From a virus, in the IMG/VR virus record IMGVR_UViG_3300044655_002046: DNA of 64,000 nt; one strand, 5' to 3'. Shown piece by piece: positions 1 through 8,292 of the stretch (the first letter of the stretch is position 1; each line of letters begins with the position of its first letter). Both the position numbers and the translations under genes were made by a program. Under the pieces are notes generated by a model, which was given only the letters and a program-made list of their open reading frames with translations, had not been told where the DNA came from and searched no databases.

Positions 1-6
1 ACTATT

Positions 7-234
7 ATGAGGATAGCTATTTCGATGAAGACTATTAATCATAACGATTGGTCTCTGCTCAATAAGCTTAAGACCTCTATGCTTATTGAGCCTTCCGTTG
101 GTGAGCTACAGGTGTATTTGTATTTTTTTTATTTTGTTTGTAGTCCTGAGAGAGTCAACCGGTTTTATTATAGGCTGGTAAGCGTGTTATATAACATTCT
201 AGATGAGGACGGTTATTTCAGTGAAGACTGTTAA
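7..234 (+). CDS. small hypothetical protein, paralogue of 203..391
   Basis: Shares KT(I/V)N..W.L.NKL..SM.I and FYYRL with the next ORF. The DNA of the two 5' ends is alignable (7-90 vs 203-287). Confidence 0.6.
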   Translation: MRIAISMKTINHNDWSLLNKLKTSMLIEPSVGELQVYLYFFYFVCSPERVNRFYYRLVSVLYNILDEDGYFSEDC

Positions 235-391
235 TTGTGAGATTTGGCCTTTACACAATAAGCTGGAGGCCTCTATGTTTATACCTGAATCCCCCATTGA
301 GACAGATGGCTTAATACGCAAGTTTTATAATTGTGATTCTTTTGAACTTGCCTTGTTTTATTACAGATTGGAAGTATGCAATTTATATTAG
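203..391 (+). CDS. small hypothetical protein, paralogue of 7..234
   Basis: Same conserved blocks as the preceding ORF; tandem arrangement. Confidence 0.6.
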   Translation: MRTVISVKTVNCEIWPLHNKLEASMFIPESPIETDGLIRKFYNCDSFELALFYYRLEVCNLY

Positions 392-526
392 AGGGCGATA
401 TGTGGCGCGATAGACGAGATATAAATATATGGCCTGAACCGTGTCGAAGGTATCTCTTGAGAACGGTAATATGGATGACATGGGGTGGCCCTAGACGCCG
501 GCGGTAATAGTATATTGAGGTGCCTG

Positions 527-694
527 TTGAAAAAACTATCCGAGATATTCTTATGGAACGGGCCACGGGTAAGTGACATCACTTATCTCGAACATCTTGC
601 CATTAACAGGCAATATGTATTAATGTTTAAGTTTAAGCTTAGTTATTATAGGGCATTCATACAATATACGGAGAGCGGTGACGAGAGAGAATGA
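527..694 (+). CDS. small hypothetical protein (possible third diverged paralogue)
   Basis: GAGGT RBS at 517-521 before TTG 527, in the frame of ORF 485..694. Has a YYR motif near the C-terminus and its stop overlaps the primase 5' end. Confidence 0.4.
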   Translation: MKKLSEIFLWNGPRVSDITYLEHLAINRQYVLMFKFKLSYYRAFIQYTESGDERE

Positions 695-1871
695 ACAACT
701 GATAATGGAGCGGCTAACTATACCAGAGCTATTAAATCTACGGCACGGTACTAATGATTGCCCTGCTTGTGGAGGCCGCGGTAAGCTGAGTGTATATCCA
801 CACTATATGAAGTGCTGGAGGACTAGTTGTGAGTTGAATACAGGGATGGGCCTGATTAATGCCTGGCGTTGGCATACTAAGCTTGATTATGCTGGCGCTA
901 TGCGGCAGTTAGAGGCCCGCGCTGGTATACGTCAGGCCCGCGAGGTTATGGATGCTCGCAGTATGATATTAGAGAGCGCTCTAGAGGCCTATCATTATTA
1001 TCTTGATGCTACGCCTGCTGCTCAGGACTATATACTGCGGCGAGGCTGGTCTCTTGATCTAGCTCATAGTATTGGTATAGGGTATGCCCCTCCTGGTGGG
1101 TTACGTCAATTCGATATAGATCATGAGGCATTAGCCCGCGAGGGTCTCATTCAGGAGGACGGTGAGGATTACTATAGGGAACGCATTATATTCCCTATAC
1201 GAGATATACGAGGTCATCTAGTTCATATGGTTGGCCGCTATATAGGTAATAGTGAGAGGGCCCCCCGCTATAAGGATACACGGGCTGTTATTAATAGTAA
1301 GCGCTATGTCTATCTAGAACACTGTCTTAAGGAGTATGCTAGTCATCCATCTCGCGAGTTGTATATAGTTGAGGGCCCGCCTGATGCCACATCACTGGTA
1401 GGTCGTAGTTTACCTGTAGTGGGGCTATTGGGTCTGGAGTATCTATTATGTCACACCAGTAAGTTCAAGCCCTTCCGCCGTATCACGTTTATATTCGACT
1501 CAGATAAGTATAGCGATGACCACCCTACTCATGCCGGTGTATATAAGAGCTGGGTACGTATCATACCTCAGCTAGTTCAGCTGCAGGTTAACTTACCATT
1601 AGTTGAGTTCATGACGTATATGGTTGCTGATTATAAGGACATTAATGAGTGGTTGGTGGCAGAGCCTCGTGTTAATGCTGCTGATACTATTAATGCTAAC
1701 CGTATACCATTCATAGATGATTTACTAGCCCAATGGGGGCCCGACATTAATCATCACGTAGATATACTGCGGGTATTGACTGCCACTCATTCTTCTCTAG
1801 GGCTACTGTCCCCTTATGTAGATAATAAATTAGGGCCCCTTGAATATGCCTCTCTACTATTCGGATCGTGA
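678..1871 (+). CDS. phage DNA primase (DnaG-like, Zn-ribbon + TOPRIM)
   Basis: N-terminal CPACGG...H...C..C zinc-binding region, RIIFPIRD..G..V...GR motif, and TOPRIM motifs YIVEGPPDA and FDSD. Confidence 0.9.
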   Translation: MTRENEQLIMERLTIPELLNLRHGTNDCPACGGRGKLSVYPHYMKCWRTSCELNTGMGLINAWRWHTKLDYAGAMRQLEARAGIRQAREVMDARSMILESALEAYHYYLDATPAAQDYILRRGWSLDLAHSIGIGYAPPGGLRQFDIDHEALAREGLIQEDGEDYYRERIIFPIRDIRGHLVHMVGRYIGNSERAPRYKDTRAVINSKRYVYLEHCLKEYASHPSRELYIVEGPPDATSLVGRSLPVVGLLGLEYLLCHTSKFKPFRRITFIFDSDKYSDDHPTHAGVYKSWVRIIPQLVQLQVNLPLVEFMTYMVADYKDINEWLVAEPRVNAADTINANRIPFIDDLLAQWGPDINHHVDILRVLTATHSSLGLLSPYVDNKLGPLEYASLLFGS

Positions 1872-2368
1872 TGACTAATTATCATGTGAGCATACCTGCT
1901 CGCGATTGTATGATATACCCCTATTATGTGGGGCGTTACGCTGATGGCCGCTATAGCGCTGTTACTATAACACTACGGTCGGGCTGGGCTCAGGAGTGGC
2001 GTATGTATCGACGTGCCATAGAGTATCTATGTGAAGATAATGAGGGCCCGCCAATTATAACAGGCTACCTACCTGGTATGGAGCGGCCGCGTTCTGGTGC
2101 CGCCTGGCATTGTCTGGATACTACTGAGTATCTGCATGGCTATAACCTAAATATATATCACGAGCGCTACCCTACTCTAGGTATACTAGATCATAGGGGT
2201 ATAGCTACGCCTCAGCATATAGAGGCATTAGCTCAACTAGAGTTCTTACCCTACTTCTATCATCCTCTTATCGCAGCGCGGGCCTGTTATCTTATAGAGC
2301 CCCGCCCTGTCTGGTTAGAGGCTTTCCTATCATCTGATATTAACAGGAGATTATTCAATGTCTGCTAA
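1868..2368 (+). CDS. hypothetical phage protein
   Basis: 166-aa ORF with a GTGA overlap with the primase stop and backbone codon usage. Confidence 0.7.
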   Translation: MMTNYHVSIPARDCMIYPYYVGRYADGRYSAVTITLRSGWAQEWRMYRRAIEYLCEDNEGPPIITGYLPGMERPRSGAAWHCLDTTEYLHGYNLNIYHERYPTLGILDHRGIATPQHIEALAQLEFLPYFYHPLIAARACYLIEPRPVWLEAFLSSDINRRLFNVC

Positions 2369-2699
2369 CCTATCTACGCTTATTAGTCTCAGTCTAGAGT
2401 ATCTGATGAAAGAGTACCCTGATAAGCCATTCCATGTGTATCTCTGTCAGATAGATGCATCTCTATGTGAGAGAGTAATCGAGGGTGAGCCGCCCCCCGC
2501 TTTATTTGAATTGCTTCCGCGTATCTTCATGGAGATCAACGACCTATTATCTCCTAACTTTATAGATAAGGATGTGCGCTTCTTTGACAATGTCAAGGTA
2601 GAAAGGGTGCTCGGAGCACACCCTAGCTCTGTAATTCAATTTTGTGAGGGCCGCCTTGCGTATTATCAAGAAAGAAACGTTCTATTAATTAAGGAATAA
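2358..2699 (+). CDS. hypothetical phage protein
   Basis: 113-aa ORF overlapping the upstream stop, RBS-like AGGAG at 2345. Confidence 0.7.
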   Translation: MSANLSTLISLSLEYLMKEYPDKPFHVYLCQIDASLCERVIEGEPPPALFELLPRIFMEINDLLSPNFIDKDVRFFDNVKVERVLGAHPSSVIQFCEGRLAYYQERNVLLIKE

Positions 2700-2717
2700 C
2701 ACTAAAATTAGCTAAAT

Positions 2718-3029
2718 GTGATGAACAGCGACCATTTGCCCAATATCCACCCCGGTGAAATCCTCAAGTTAGATTTTCTGGAACCGCTCAATATTACCCC
2801 CTACAGACTGAGTAAAGATTTAGGCGTAGCTCAAACTCGTATCGGTGAGATTTTAGCGGGTAAGCGTAGTATCACTGCAGATACAGCTTTGCGTCTGTCA
2901 CGATATTTCGGTAACAGTCCTCAGTTTTGGCTAAATCTTCAAACAGGCTACAATCTCCGCTAAGCTCAGGCAAAGAATGCCGAGGTTTATAACCAAATTC
3001 CCGTCACTCTATTTGCAGATGTAGATTAG
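2718..3029 (+). pseudogene. higA: HigA/VapI-family antitoxin with premature TAA at 2961-2963; no higB toxin
   Basis: IHPGEIL..DFLEPLNIT.YRLSKDLGV.QTRI.EIL.GKRSITADTALRL.RYFGNSPQFWLNLQ is the HigA signature. The frame continues after TAA with AQAKNAEVYNQIPVTLFADVD to TAG 3027-3029, giving the usual ~100-aa length. Confidence 0.85.
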
Positions 3030-3209
3030 GGGACTAATTTTATCTGGGAGGGGGAACAGGATTAGTGGGGAGGGTGGGACTGAGAAAAGCGGCAGGAATG
3101 GGTGGATTTTCGGGTTTACGGACTTGGGGGACTGGTAACAGAAAAAAAAGTAGGGCCTAGTATGTATTAACTACGCGGAACCTAACGTATGTTGTAGAGT
3201 AGAGGATAA

Positions 3210-4010
3210 ATGTTTACTATTAATTACTGCTATCTAGCAGAAGCGCAGGAGTACTATAAACAGAAGGGCTATAGAGTAGTCGATCTAAAATGGGTCGTGC
3301 CCCGCAGGATTGGCTCTATAACCTCACCAGAGCCTAATAGTCAGGCCTCTTATAACTGTTACGACACTCTTGTGCTGGTAGGTAGCGCAGAACAGGCCTT
3401 TATCAATAAAGCAATAGATGGACATTATCAGGCAGGCGACGCACTGCAAGCTATTACGCCGTGCTTTCGTCCACTAGATAATGATGATTATAGCTATCCT
3501 TACTTCATGAAGCTAGAGTTATTTGTGTATAAGGGTATGCCTGGTATGACTAAAGATACTATTTGTACTGATGCATATCAGTGGATGCTACATTACATTA
3601 ATCCACATAATCTCAATATCGTGCATTGTGACAATGAGGCAGATATAATCTATACCCCATTGAATCTAGAGCTGGGTTCTTATGGTAAGCGCTCTTATGA
3701 AGACCACTGGTGGTATTACGGCACCGGTATAGCTGAGCCCCGCTTCAGTACAGCAGTTAATGACTCCTTCCAGCCGGGCTATCACTCTAGTCCTATCCCT
3801 AAATATTTTCCTAATACGCTGGATAAGATATACGAGGAGTTGCTCGAGTGTCGCGAGGCCACTAATTCATTATTGAGGCAGTGCAAGTTAGCTGATATAC
3901 TACTCGCTGTTGAGCAATATGCTGTATCTCAATATGGTGAGGCAGGATGGGATGCTATTAGGGATATGGCTAAGTTAACACAACGCGCCTTCGCCGCAGA
4001 TAAACGATAG
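3210..4010 (+). CDS. class II aminoacyl-tRNA-synthetase-like catalytic core fused to a MazG/NTP-pyrophosphatase-like helical domain
   Basis: Contains ITPCFR...YFMKLELF (motif-2-like) and ELGSYG...YGTGIAEPRFS (motif-3-like). The C-terminal GYH..PIPK...KI.EEL.E...LADIL.AVE is a MazG-like EExxE/D helical pattern. Confidence 0.55.
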   Translation: MFTINYCYLAEAQEYYKQKGYRVVDLKWVVPRRIGSITSPEPNSQASYNCYDTLVLVGSAEQAFINKAIDGHYQAGDALQAITPCFRPLDNDDYSYPYFMKLELFVYKGMPGMTKDTICTDAYQWMLHYINPHNLNIVHCDNEADIIYTPLNLELGSYGKRSYEDHWWYYGTGIAEPRFSTAVNDSFQPGYHSSPIPKYFPNTLDKIYEELLECREATNSLLRQCKLADILLAVEQYAVSQYGEAGWDAIRDMAKLTQRAFAADKR

Positions 4011-4029
4011 CGCTCCCCGTTCCACTAGA

Positions 4030-4322
4030 GTCAAATTACTATTAATAATCCTGAGAGGTTAAGATGGATAATGCACCGTTAGTTATAGGGCTGGCTCTCG
4101 CTCTTATTACAATAATTGGCTTATTGTTTAATGACTTAACTTGATAGCCCTCACTGTCGTGCCGCTGTTGTCTAGGGTAGCCGTAGTCAATGTTTAGACC
4201 AATAAAGCTGCTAGAGAATAATGCAATAGCGGCACATATGCAATGGCTATGACTATACTCGCTCTTTCTTTTATCGTCAAATTACTATTTACAATCGTCA
4301 GAGGTTACAATGGATAATGCAG
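4030..4322 (+). repeat. two imperfect direct repeats (gtcaaattactatt...agaggtt..atggataatgca) at ~4030-4075 and ~4276-4321
   Basis: Visible duplication of the upstream region, RBS and first codons. Confidence 0.8.
4064..4144 (+). CDS. 26-aa hydrophobic micropeptide (MDNAPLVIGLALALITIIGLLFNDLT)
   Basis: Read directly from sequence. AGAGGT RBS 4 nt upstream of the ATG; paralogous to 4310..4426. Confidence 0.5.
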   Translation: MDNAPLVIGLALALITIIGLLFNDLT

Positions 4323-4426
4323 CATGTGATTATTATGCACCGTTAGTTATATGGGATTATTGTGTATGGTTAGGTATGTGGCTGGCTCTCTTTCTTATTA
4401 CATGGCTGTTGTCAAGGGTAGTCTAG
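4310..4426 (+). CDS. 38-aa hydrophobic micropeptide (MDNAACDYYAPLVIWDYCVWLGMWLALFLITWLLSRVV)
   Basis: Read directly from sequence. AGAGGT RBS and the same upstream motif as 4064..4144. Confidence 0.5.
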   Translation: MDNAACDYYAPLVIWDYCVWLGMWLALFLITWLLSRVV

Positions 4427-4471
4427 TGATAACCCGTCGTAAGTAGATCTACAATTTCTTAAGAGGTTTCT

Positions 4472-4969
4472 ATGCTTAGCATTCAAGTTCGTCAGGGTGT
4501 ATTTGAAACTAATAGTTCGAGCACCCATAGTATATCTATTCCGCGTCAGACCAGCCTTACTATCCCTGAATCAATACACTTCGAGATTGGCCAATTTGGT
4601 TCTGAAAATAGTATCCTGAGTTCCATAGCAGCCAAGGCCAGTTATTTATACACTGGCTTCGCTGCTAACGATAGGATGAAGGATGCTTATGACATGATAT
4701 TCCATCTGTTATCAGAGGGTATTGCTGTAACTACCGAGGATGTAGTATATGACGAATATCGCACTATGCTTAATGATGGCTACATGGATCACGCCAACGA
4801 GTTGAACGGCTTCCTCGATGCTATTGTAGCTAATAAGGATATGATGATGCGTTATCTATTCTCGCCCTATAGCTTTATCCTAACCGGTAGTGATAATGAC
4901 TACAGTTATCTGATTGATAATAAGAAAGTGATGAAGTATGCTAGTGACTTCTTTTACAAGGGCAATTAG
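4472..4969 (+). CDS. conserved phage protein of the 'VRQGVFETNSSSTHS' type, radical-SAM partner
   Basis: The N-terminal motif I.VR.GVFETNSSSTHSI is recurrent in phage genes adjacent to radical SAM genes (recollection). AGAGGT RBS upstream. Confidence 0.65.
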   Translation: MLSIQVRQGVFETNSSSTHSISIPRQTSLTIPESIHFEIGQFGSENSILSSIAAKASYLYTGFAANDRMKDAYDMIFHLLSEGIAVTTEDVVYDEYRTMLNDGYMDHANELNGFLDAIVANKDMMMRYLFSPYSFILTGSDNDYSYLIDNKKVMKYASDFFYKGN

Positions 4970-5906
4970 ATATCACTACCCCCGTCTTATGAATAAGTTT
5001 AATGAATTGACAACCTTAGCGCATTATATTAACGGTGACTATGAGTGTACTCTATATGCTGATGGTACCCTGGTCCGTACTACAAGTGTGGTTGGGGCCC
5101 GCCCTGCCTATCCCTGCTCTATAGATATTAAGATCACTGACTACTGTGATATGGGATGTAAGTATTGTCATGAGAGTTCTACTCGTAATGGTGAGCACGC
5201 TGATCTAACACAGTTACTGAATGTCCTTAGTGATATACCTGCTGGGGTCGAGTTAGCAAACGGAGGGGGTAATCCATTATCTCATCCTGATATAATGGAT
5301 TACCTAATAGAACTTAAGGCCCGCGGGCTTATAGCTAACATTACTGTTAATCAGGGTCACCTGCATCGCTATGCTGCTCTAATAGAGGATATCGTAAGTC
5401 AGGAGTTAGTGCGGGGCCTCGGCATCTCAATCACTAATAGTAACTATAGTAGTCTGATACCAGTACTGCATCTCTCAGATAACATCGTGTATCACCTCAT
5501 CGCCGGTATTCATTCCGTTAGTATAATCGATGAGTTGGTTAGCCTCAGTACTGCAGCCAGTAAGGTACTCGTCCTAGGCTATAAGAACTTCGGCTTCGGT
5601 ATAGACTACCATAGCCCTGAGGTAGATGCAGGCATAGCGCAGTGGCGGCGCCTCTTACCATTTCTTATAGGTAAGTGTAATCTCTCCTTCGATAATCTGG
5701 CTATCGAGCAACTAGAGCTCAGACGTTTATTCACTGATGAGGGGTGGGCCCGCTTCTATATGGGCGATGACTTCCAGTTTACTATGTATATTGATGCGGT
5801 TAAGCAGCAGTATGCTCCTACTAGTCGTAGTTATAACCGTACGTCATTCGACTCTACTTCACTAATCGATTACTTCCAGGCAGGCTTCCCATGCACATCA
5901 AGCTAG
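4938..5906 (+). CDS. radical SAM protein (likely start nearer 4989)
   Basis: CxxxCxxC motif (CDMGCKYCHE), a GGGNPL..P glycine-rich motif and NITVN strand. Confidence 0.9.
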   Translation: MLVTSFTRAIRYHYPRLMNKFNELTTLAHYINGDYECTLYADGTLVRTTSVVGARPAYPCSIDIKITDYCDMGCKYCHESSTRNGEHADLTQLLNVLSDIPAGVELANGGGNPLSHPDIMDYLIELKARGLIANITVNQGHLHRYAALIEDIVSQELVRGLGISITNSNYSSLIPVLHLSDNIVYHLIAGIHSVSIIDELVSLSTAASKVLVLGYKNFGFGIDYHSPEVDAGIAQWRRLLPFLIGKCNLSFDNLAIEQLELRRLFTDEGWARFYMGDDFQFTMYIDAVKQQYAPTSRSYNRTSFDSTSLIDYFQAGFPCTSS

Positions 5907-6088
5907 GCGATGAGATTAATAATAGGATAGTTACTAATATAACATATCAATCAATGTATCCTAGGTCAGCGGGTTATAGTTACAATACGAAGGGTAACTG
6001 CTACGCTGGTCATAATAACAGAGTGGTTGTCACGTTAGATGATAATACTGAACTAACCTGGAATCCCCAGTTGTTCCAATTCGATTAG
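5891..6088 (+). CDS. hypothetical phage protein
   Basis: 65-aa ORF overlapping the radical SAM stop. Confidence 0.55.
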   Translation: MHIKLGDEINNRIVTNITYQSMYPRSAGYSYNTKGNCYAGHNNRVVVTLDDNTELTWNPQLFQFD

Positions 6089-6114
6089 TTATTCTCAGTG
6101 TAGCAGGCGTTATG

Positions 6115-6123
6115 TGCTATAAT
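6115..6123 (+). promoter_or_regulatory. extended -10 promoter (TGcTATAAT)
   Basis: TG-N-TATAAT in the intergenic gap just upstream of the resolvase gene. Confidence 0.5.
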
Positions 6124-6136
6124 GATAATATACTAA

Positions 6137-6682
6137 TTGGTGATTATCTTGGATAAATTTATATGTGGGATAGACCCAGGTTTAACTGGGGGGCTTTGTA
6201 TACTACAAAAGGGTAATATCCATAATGTAGTTGATGCTAGAATCATGCCAATCTCTGATAAGGATATAAACATGGGGGTAATTAAAAATTACCTGTCTTA
6301 TTATAAACCTTATCTTACTATTATTGAACGCCAGATAGTAGTCCGGCCCAAGATGGTTGAGGGAAAGGAGCAGCGCCAGGGTCTGGGTTCTGCTGCTAAG
6401 ACTATGCTTAACTATGGGAAACTAATTGGCCTATTGATTGGTATAGGTCTGAATTATGTAGTAGTAGATTCCCGTGAGTGGCAATCGCACTATGCCGATA
6501 TGACCCCGCCTATTAAATGGACCTATAATAAACCTACTAAGACGCGCAGTGTATCTATTGCTGTGAGCCTCTATCCTACTGTTAATTTATTCAGGACTCC
6601 TCTCTGCCACAAGCCCCATGATGGTATGGCTGAGGCAGTATTATTAGCTCATTATGGCGCAGAGGTTATCGATGACCTCTAA
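6137..6682 (+). CDS. RuvC-like Holliday junction resolvase
   Basis: GIDPGLTGG (RuvC-I), IIERQ (RuvC-II), YG.LIG.L, and HDGMAEAVLLA (RuvC-III). Confidence 0.85.
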   Translation: MVIILDKFICGIDPGLTGGLCILQKGNIHNVVDARIMPISDKDINMGVIKNYLSYYKPYLTIIERQIVVRPKMVEGKEQRQGLGSAAKTMLNYGKLIGLLIGIGLNYVVVDSREWQSHYADMTPPIKWTYNKPTKTRSVSIAVSLYPTVNLFRTPLCHKPHDGMAEAVLLAHYGAEVIDDL

Positions 6683-7796
6683 TATTATTACTAGTCGATC
6701 TGTAGCAGAACGCCCGCCCTATTACTCTGTTAGTGCACTGCGTGTATATCGTCGCTGTGGGATGGAGTTCTATCATAAGTATGTTGATCTTAATAGGAAG
6801 GGAGGGGCTACGCGCTCTACTCTACTCGGTAATCTGGTGCATGAGGCCCTCGAGTTATACTATGATCCTGGAGTAGAACACGACTTTAATCTAGAGCGGT
6901 GCCTCGAGGAGACCTACATGAGCACGCTTATGGCCGCCGGTGTCATTGTATCTAATACGCCTGCGTCGGATCAGGCTACTATCTCTAGTTACCTGATGGG
7001 CCTAGTAGATGGTTATGTGGCATTGCATAACAGAGCCCGTGCTGATTATAAGGGTGCCGATGCCATACGCACTGCTGCCGGTAAGGTGAGTAGTGCTTAT
7101 CAGTCTACTACTGCATGGAAGCAGGCAGAGGAGCCCCTCCTCGCTCTACGTCATGCAGCTAATGAATATATGCTTATGCTTAATCCTGAATTGGATACTG
7201 AGCTTGATGTTATTGGCGCACTGACTGACGCGTTTAACTTATGTCGGGCCTTTATTCCTCCTAAAGAGTTTAAGCGCACCATCTATGTTGAGTTACCCAT
7301 CAGTGAGTATAATGACGGCACTATAATCAATGAGGTGCCCATGCCATCTGATTGCGGCGGTGATGCCGGTATCAATCTCCTGGGCTTCATTGACTGGGTG
7401 GGAATTACTTCTCATGGTCTAACTATAGTTGATTATAAGACCAGTAAGTCTGCTTATACTACAGATAAGCTGGCGTATAATCCTCAGCTCTGTGCCTATG
7501 CCTATGCCTACGAGAAATTGACGGGCACTAGCGTTGATGCTATGGGTATCTATAACGTCAGGGAGGGTAGTCTGGTACTAGCGCCTATTGACCGCGGCAT
7601 TATGAATCGAGTATTAACCTCATTCTTTGGCACGCACAAGTTAATCACGGCGGGCTTCTATCCTCGCCACTACCCTGAGGATAACTATAGCCCCTGTCTC
7701 GATTCCTTTGGTAAGCCTTGTCCCTATCTCCATGATTGCTACCCTGAGCTCGCAGAGGAACAGGGTCTACTCGATCTCTATAGATTATTGAATTGA
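6654..7796 (+). CDS. Cas4/RecB-family PD-(D/E)XK exonuclease
   Basis: YSVSAL..Y..C, G..VHE.LE, GFID....IVDYKTS and QL..YA.A motifs, with C-terminal C...CPY...C cysteines. Confidence 0.85.
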   Translation: MAQRLSMTSNIITSRSVAERPPYYSVSALRVYRRCGMEFYHKYVDLNRKGGATRSTLLGNLVHEALELYYDPGVEHDFNLERCLEETYMSTLMAAGVIVSNTPASDQATISSYLMGLVDGYVALHNRARADYKGADAIRTAAGKVSSAYQSTTAWKQAEEPLLALRHAANEYMLMLNPELDTELDVIGALTDAFNLCRAFIPPKEFKRTIYVELPISEYNDGTIINEVPMPSDCGGDAGINLLGFIDWVGITSHGLTIVDYKTSKSAYTTDKLAYNPQLCAYAYAYEKLTGTSVDAMGIYNVREGSLVLAPIDRGIMNRVLTSFFGTHKLITAGFYPRHYPEDNYSPCLDSFGKPCPYLHDCYPELAEEQGLLDLYRLLN

Positions 7797-7822
7797 CATA
7801 CTGGTATTTAGTACGATAAGAT
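7793..7822 (+). promoter_or_regulatory. sigma70-type promoter TTGACA-N18-TAAGAT
   Basis: Perfect -35 at 7793-7798 and a TAnnnT -10 at 7817-7822, upstream of ORF 7846. Confidence 0.55.
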
Positions 7823-7845
7823 TAATGGGTATATAGAGGATATGT

Positions 7846-8292
7846 ATGCCCAAACCTAACCCCTGGCTTGATGAAGTAAAGTATTACCTGCGTAAGAAGT
7901 TCTATCAGCAGATTGATTTCGAGTCTGCTTGTTACAATCAAACATTCTCATATGAAGCAGTGCGTAAGTGCATGTACTTAATAATGAGAACTAGCCCGGA
8001 TATATACAGACATGCTGCCTGGCTCTGGGCTACGCAGCGCAGTCGCAATGACATCGCGGGCGGTCTTAATGTAGATAGTAGTACTATTAAGCGTAAGTTT
8101 GATGCCTTTGCTATCCAATTACTTAATTATCTGATTCATCCTGATATCATGCCTGTATTAGGCCCCATCGATATTCGTACGCAGATGGAGGAGGAGGATA
8201 AGCACATCAGGATCCCTGAGATCATCGATGGTAATGTGTATACGGCTGCTGATTATTTAAATAGCGTGGTAAATGATGGCAGACTACACTAA
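7846..8292 (+). CDS. HTH-containing regulator (sigma region-4/RinA-like)
   Basis: RSRNDIAGGLNVDSSTIKRKFD has helix-turn-helix spacing. Confidence 0.45.
   Translation: MPKPNPWLDEVKYYLRKKFYQQIDFESACYNQTFSYEAVRKCMYLIMRTSPDIYRHAAWLWATQRSRNDIAGGLNVDSSTIKRKFDAFAIQLLNYLIHPDIMPVLGPIDIRTQMEEEDKHIRIPEIIDGNVYTAADYLNSVVNDGRLH

Noticed and set aside
6654-7796. CRISPR-associated cas4
   Set aside because: No cas1/cas2 or array is present. The context next to a resolvase indicates a standalone phage recombination nuclease.
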